Shown here: one piece after another, positions 63,947-64,000 of the stretch
Layout of the letters: the number at the start of each line of letters is the position of its first letter
Numbering within the stretch: position 1 is the stretch's first letter
Assembly: GCF_036321535.1 (NCBI RefSeq)
Contig: NC_087436.1
Location: 68,140,001 to 68,204,000 of the forward strand
Length of the DNA stretch: 64,000 bases
DNA from: Camelus dromedarius
Taxonomy: Eukaryota
Direction: 5' to 3'
Program-made: the position numbers and the translations under genes
Notes under the pieces: model-generated
The model's database searches: none
What the model was told of the DNA's origin: nothing
Seen by the model: the letters and a program-made list of their open reading frames with translations, nothing else

Positions 63947-64000
63947 CATCTGGCCCTGAATCCTCTTCCTAATCCTATACTCAAGGTCCCCTGACATCCT

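Noticed and set aside
1..64000. A novel multi-gene system (CRISPR, retron, defence or operon-like locus)
   Set aside because: The window is mammalian repeat-rich DNA. The only RT, endonuclease and integrase sequences belong to L1 and ERV-L, and there is no repeat-spacer array.

Overview
This is AT-rich, repeat-dominated mammalian genomic DNA, intergenic or deep intronic, and I could not identify any intact protein-coding gene or convincing coding exon. The best-supported features are three. (1) A near-full-length, young but inactivated LINE-1 at 24748-31212 (+), with a perfect 16-bp TSD at a TT/AAAA site, a CpG-rich 5'UTR, ORF1, a ~400-bp inter-ORF spacer and ORF2 (EN, RT with YADD, CCHC). 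(2) A complete processed pseudogene of dynein light chain DYNLL1 at 47447-48120 (+), with poly(A) and a perfect 15-bp TSD, nested in an old antisense L1. (3) Three degraded ERV-L-class proviral remnants on the minus strand, carrying integrase and dUTPase traces; one also has RT and two LTRs. The rest is solo LTRs, MaLRs, L2, MIR, hAT MITEs, L1 3' ends and microsatellites. The L1 3'UTRs and the absence of Alu, B1, Bov-A, PRE-1 and Can-SINE suggest a cetartiodactyl, probably a camelid; this is inference from memory, not a database result. I found no credible novel biological system. The most unusual local signals are small: an ~80-bp double-hairpin insert in an MLT1 LTR, a 70-bp tandem duplication, a direct-repeat-flanked ~156-bp orphan insert, and quasi-palindromes. 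Boundaries and family names of old repeats are approximate and come from recall of consensus sequences.
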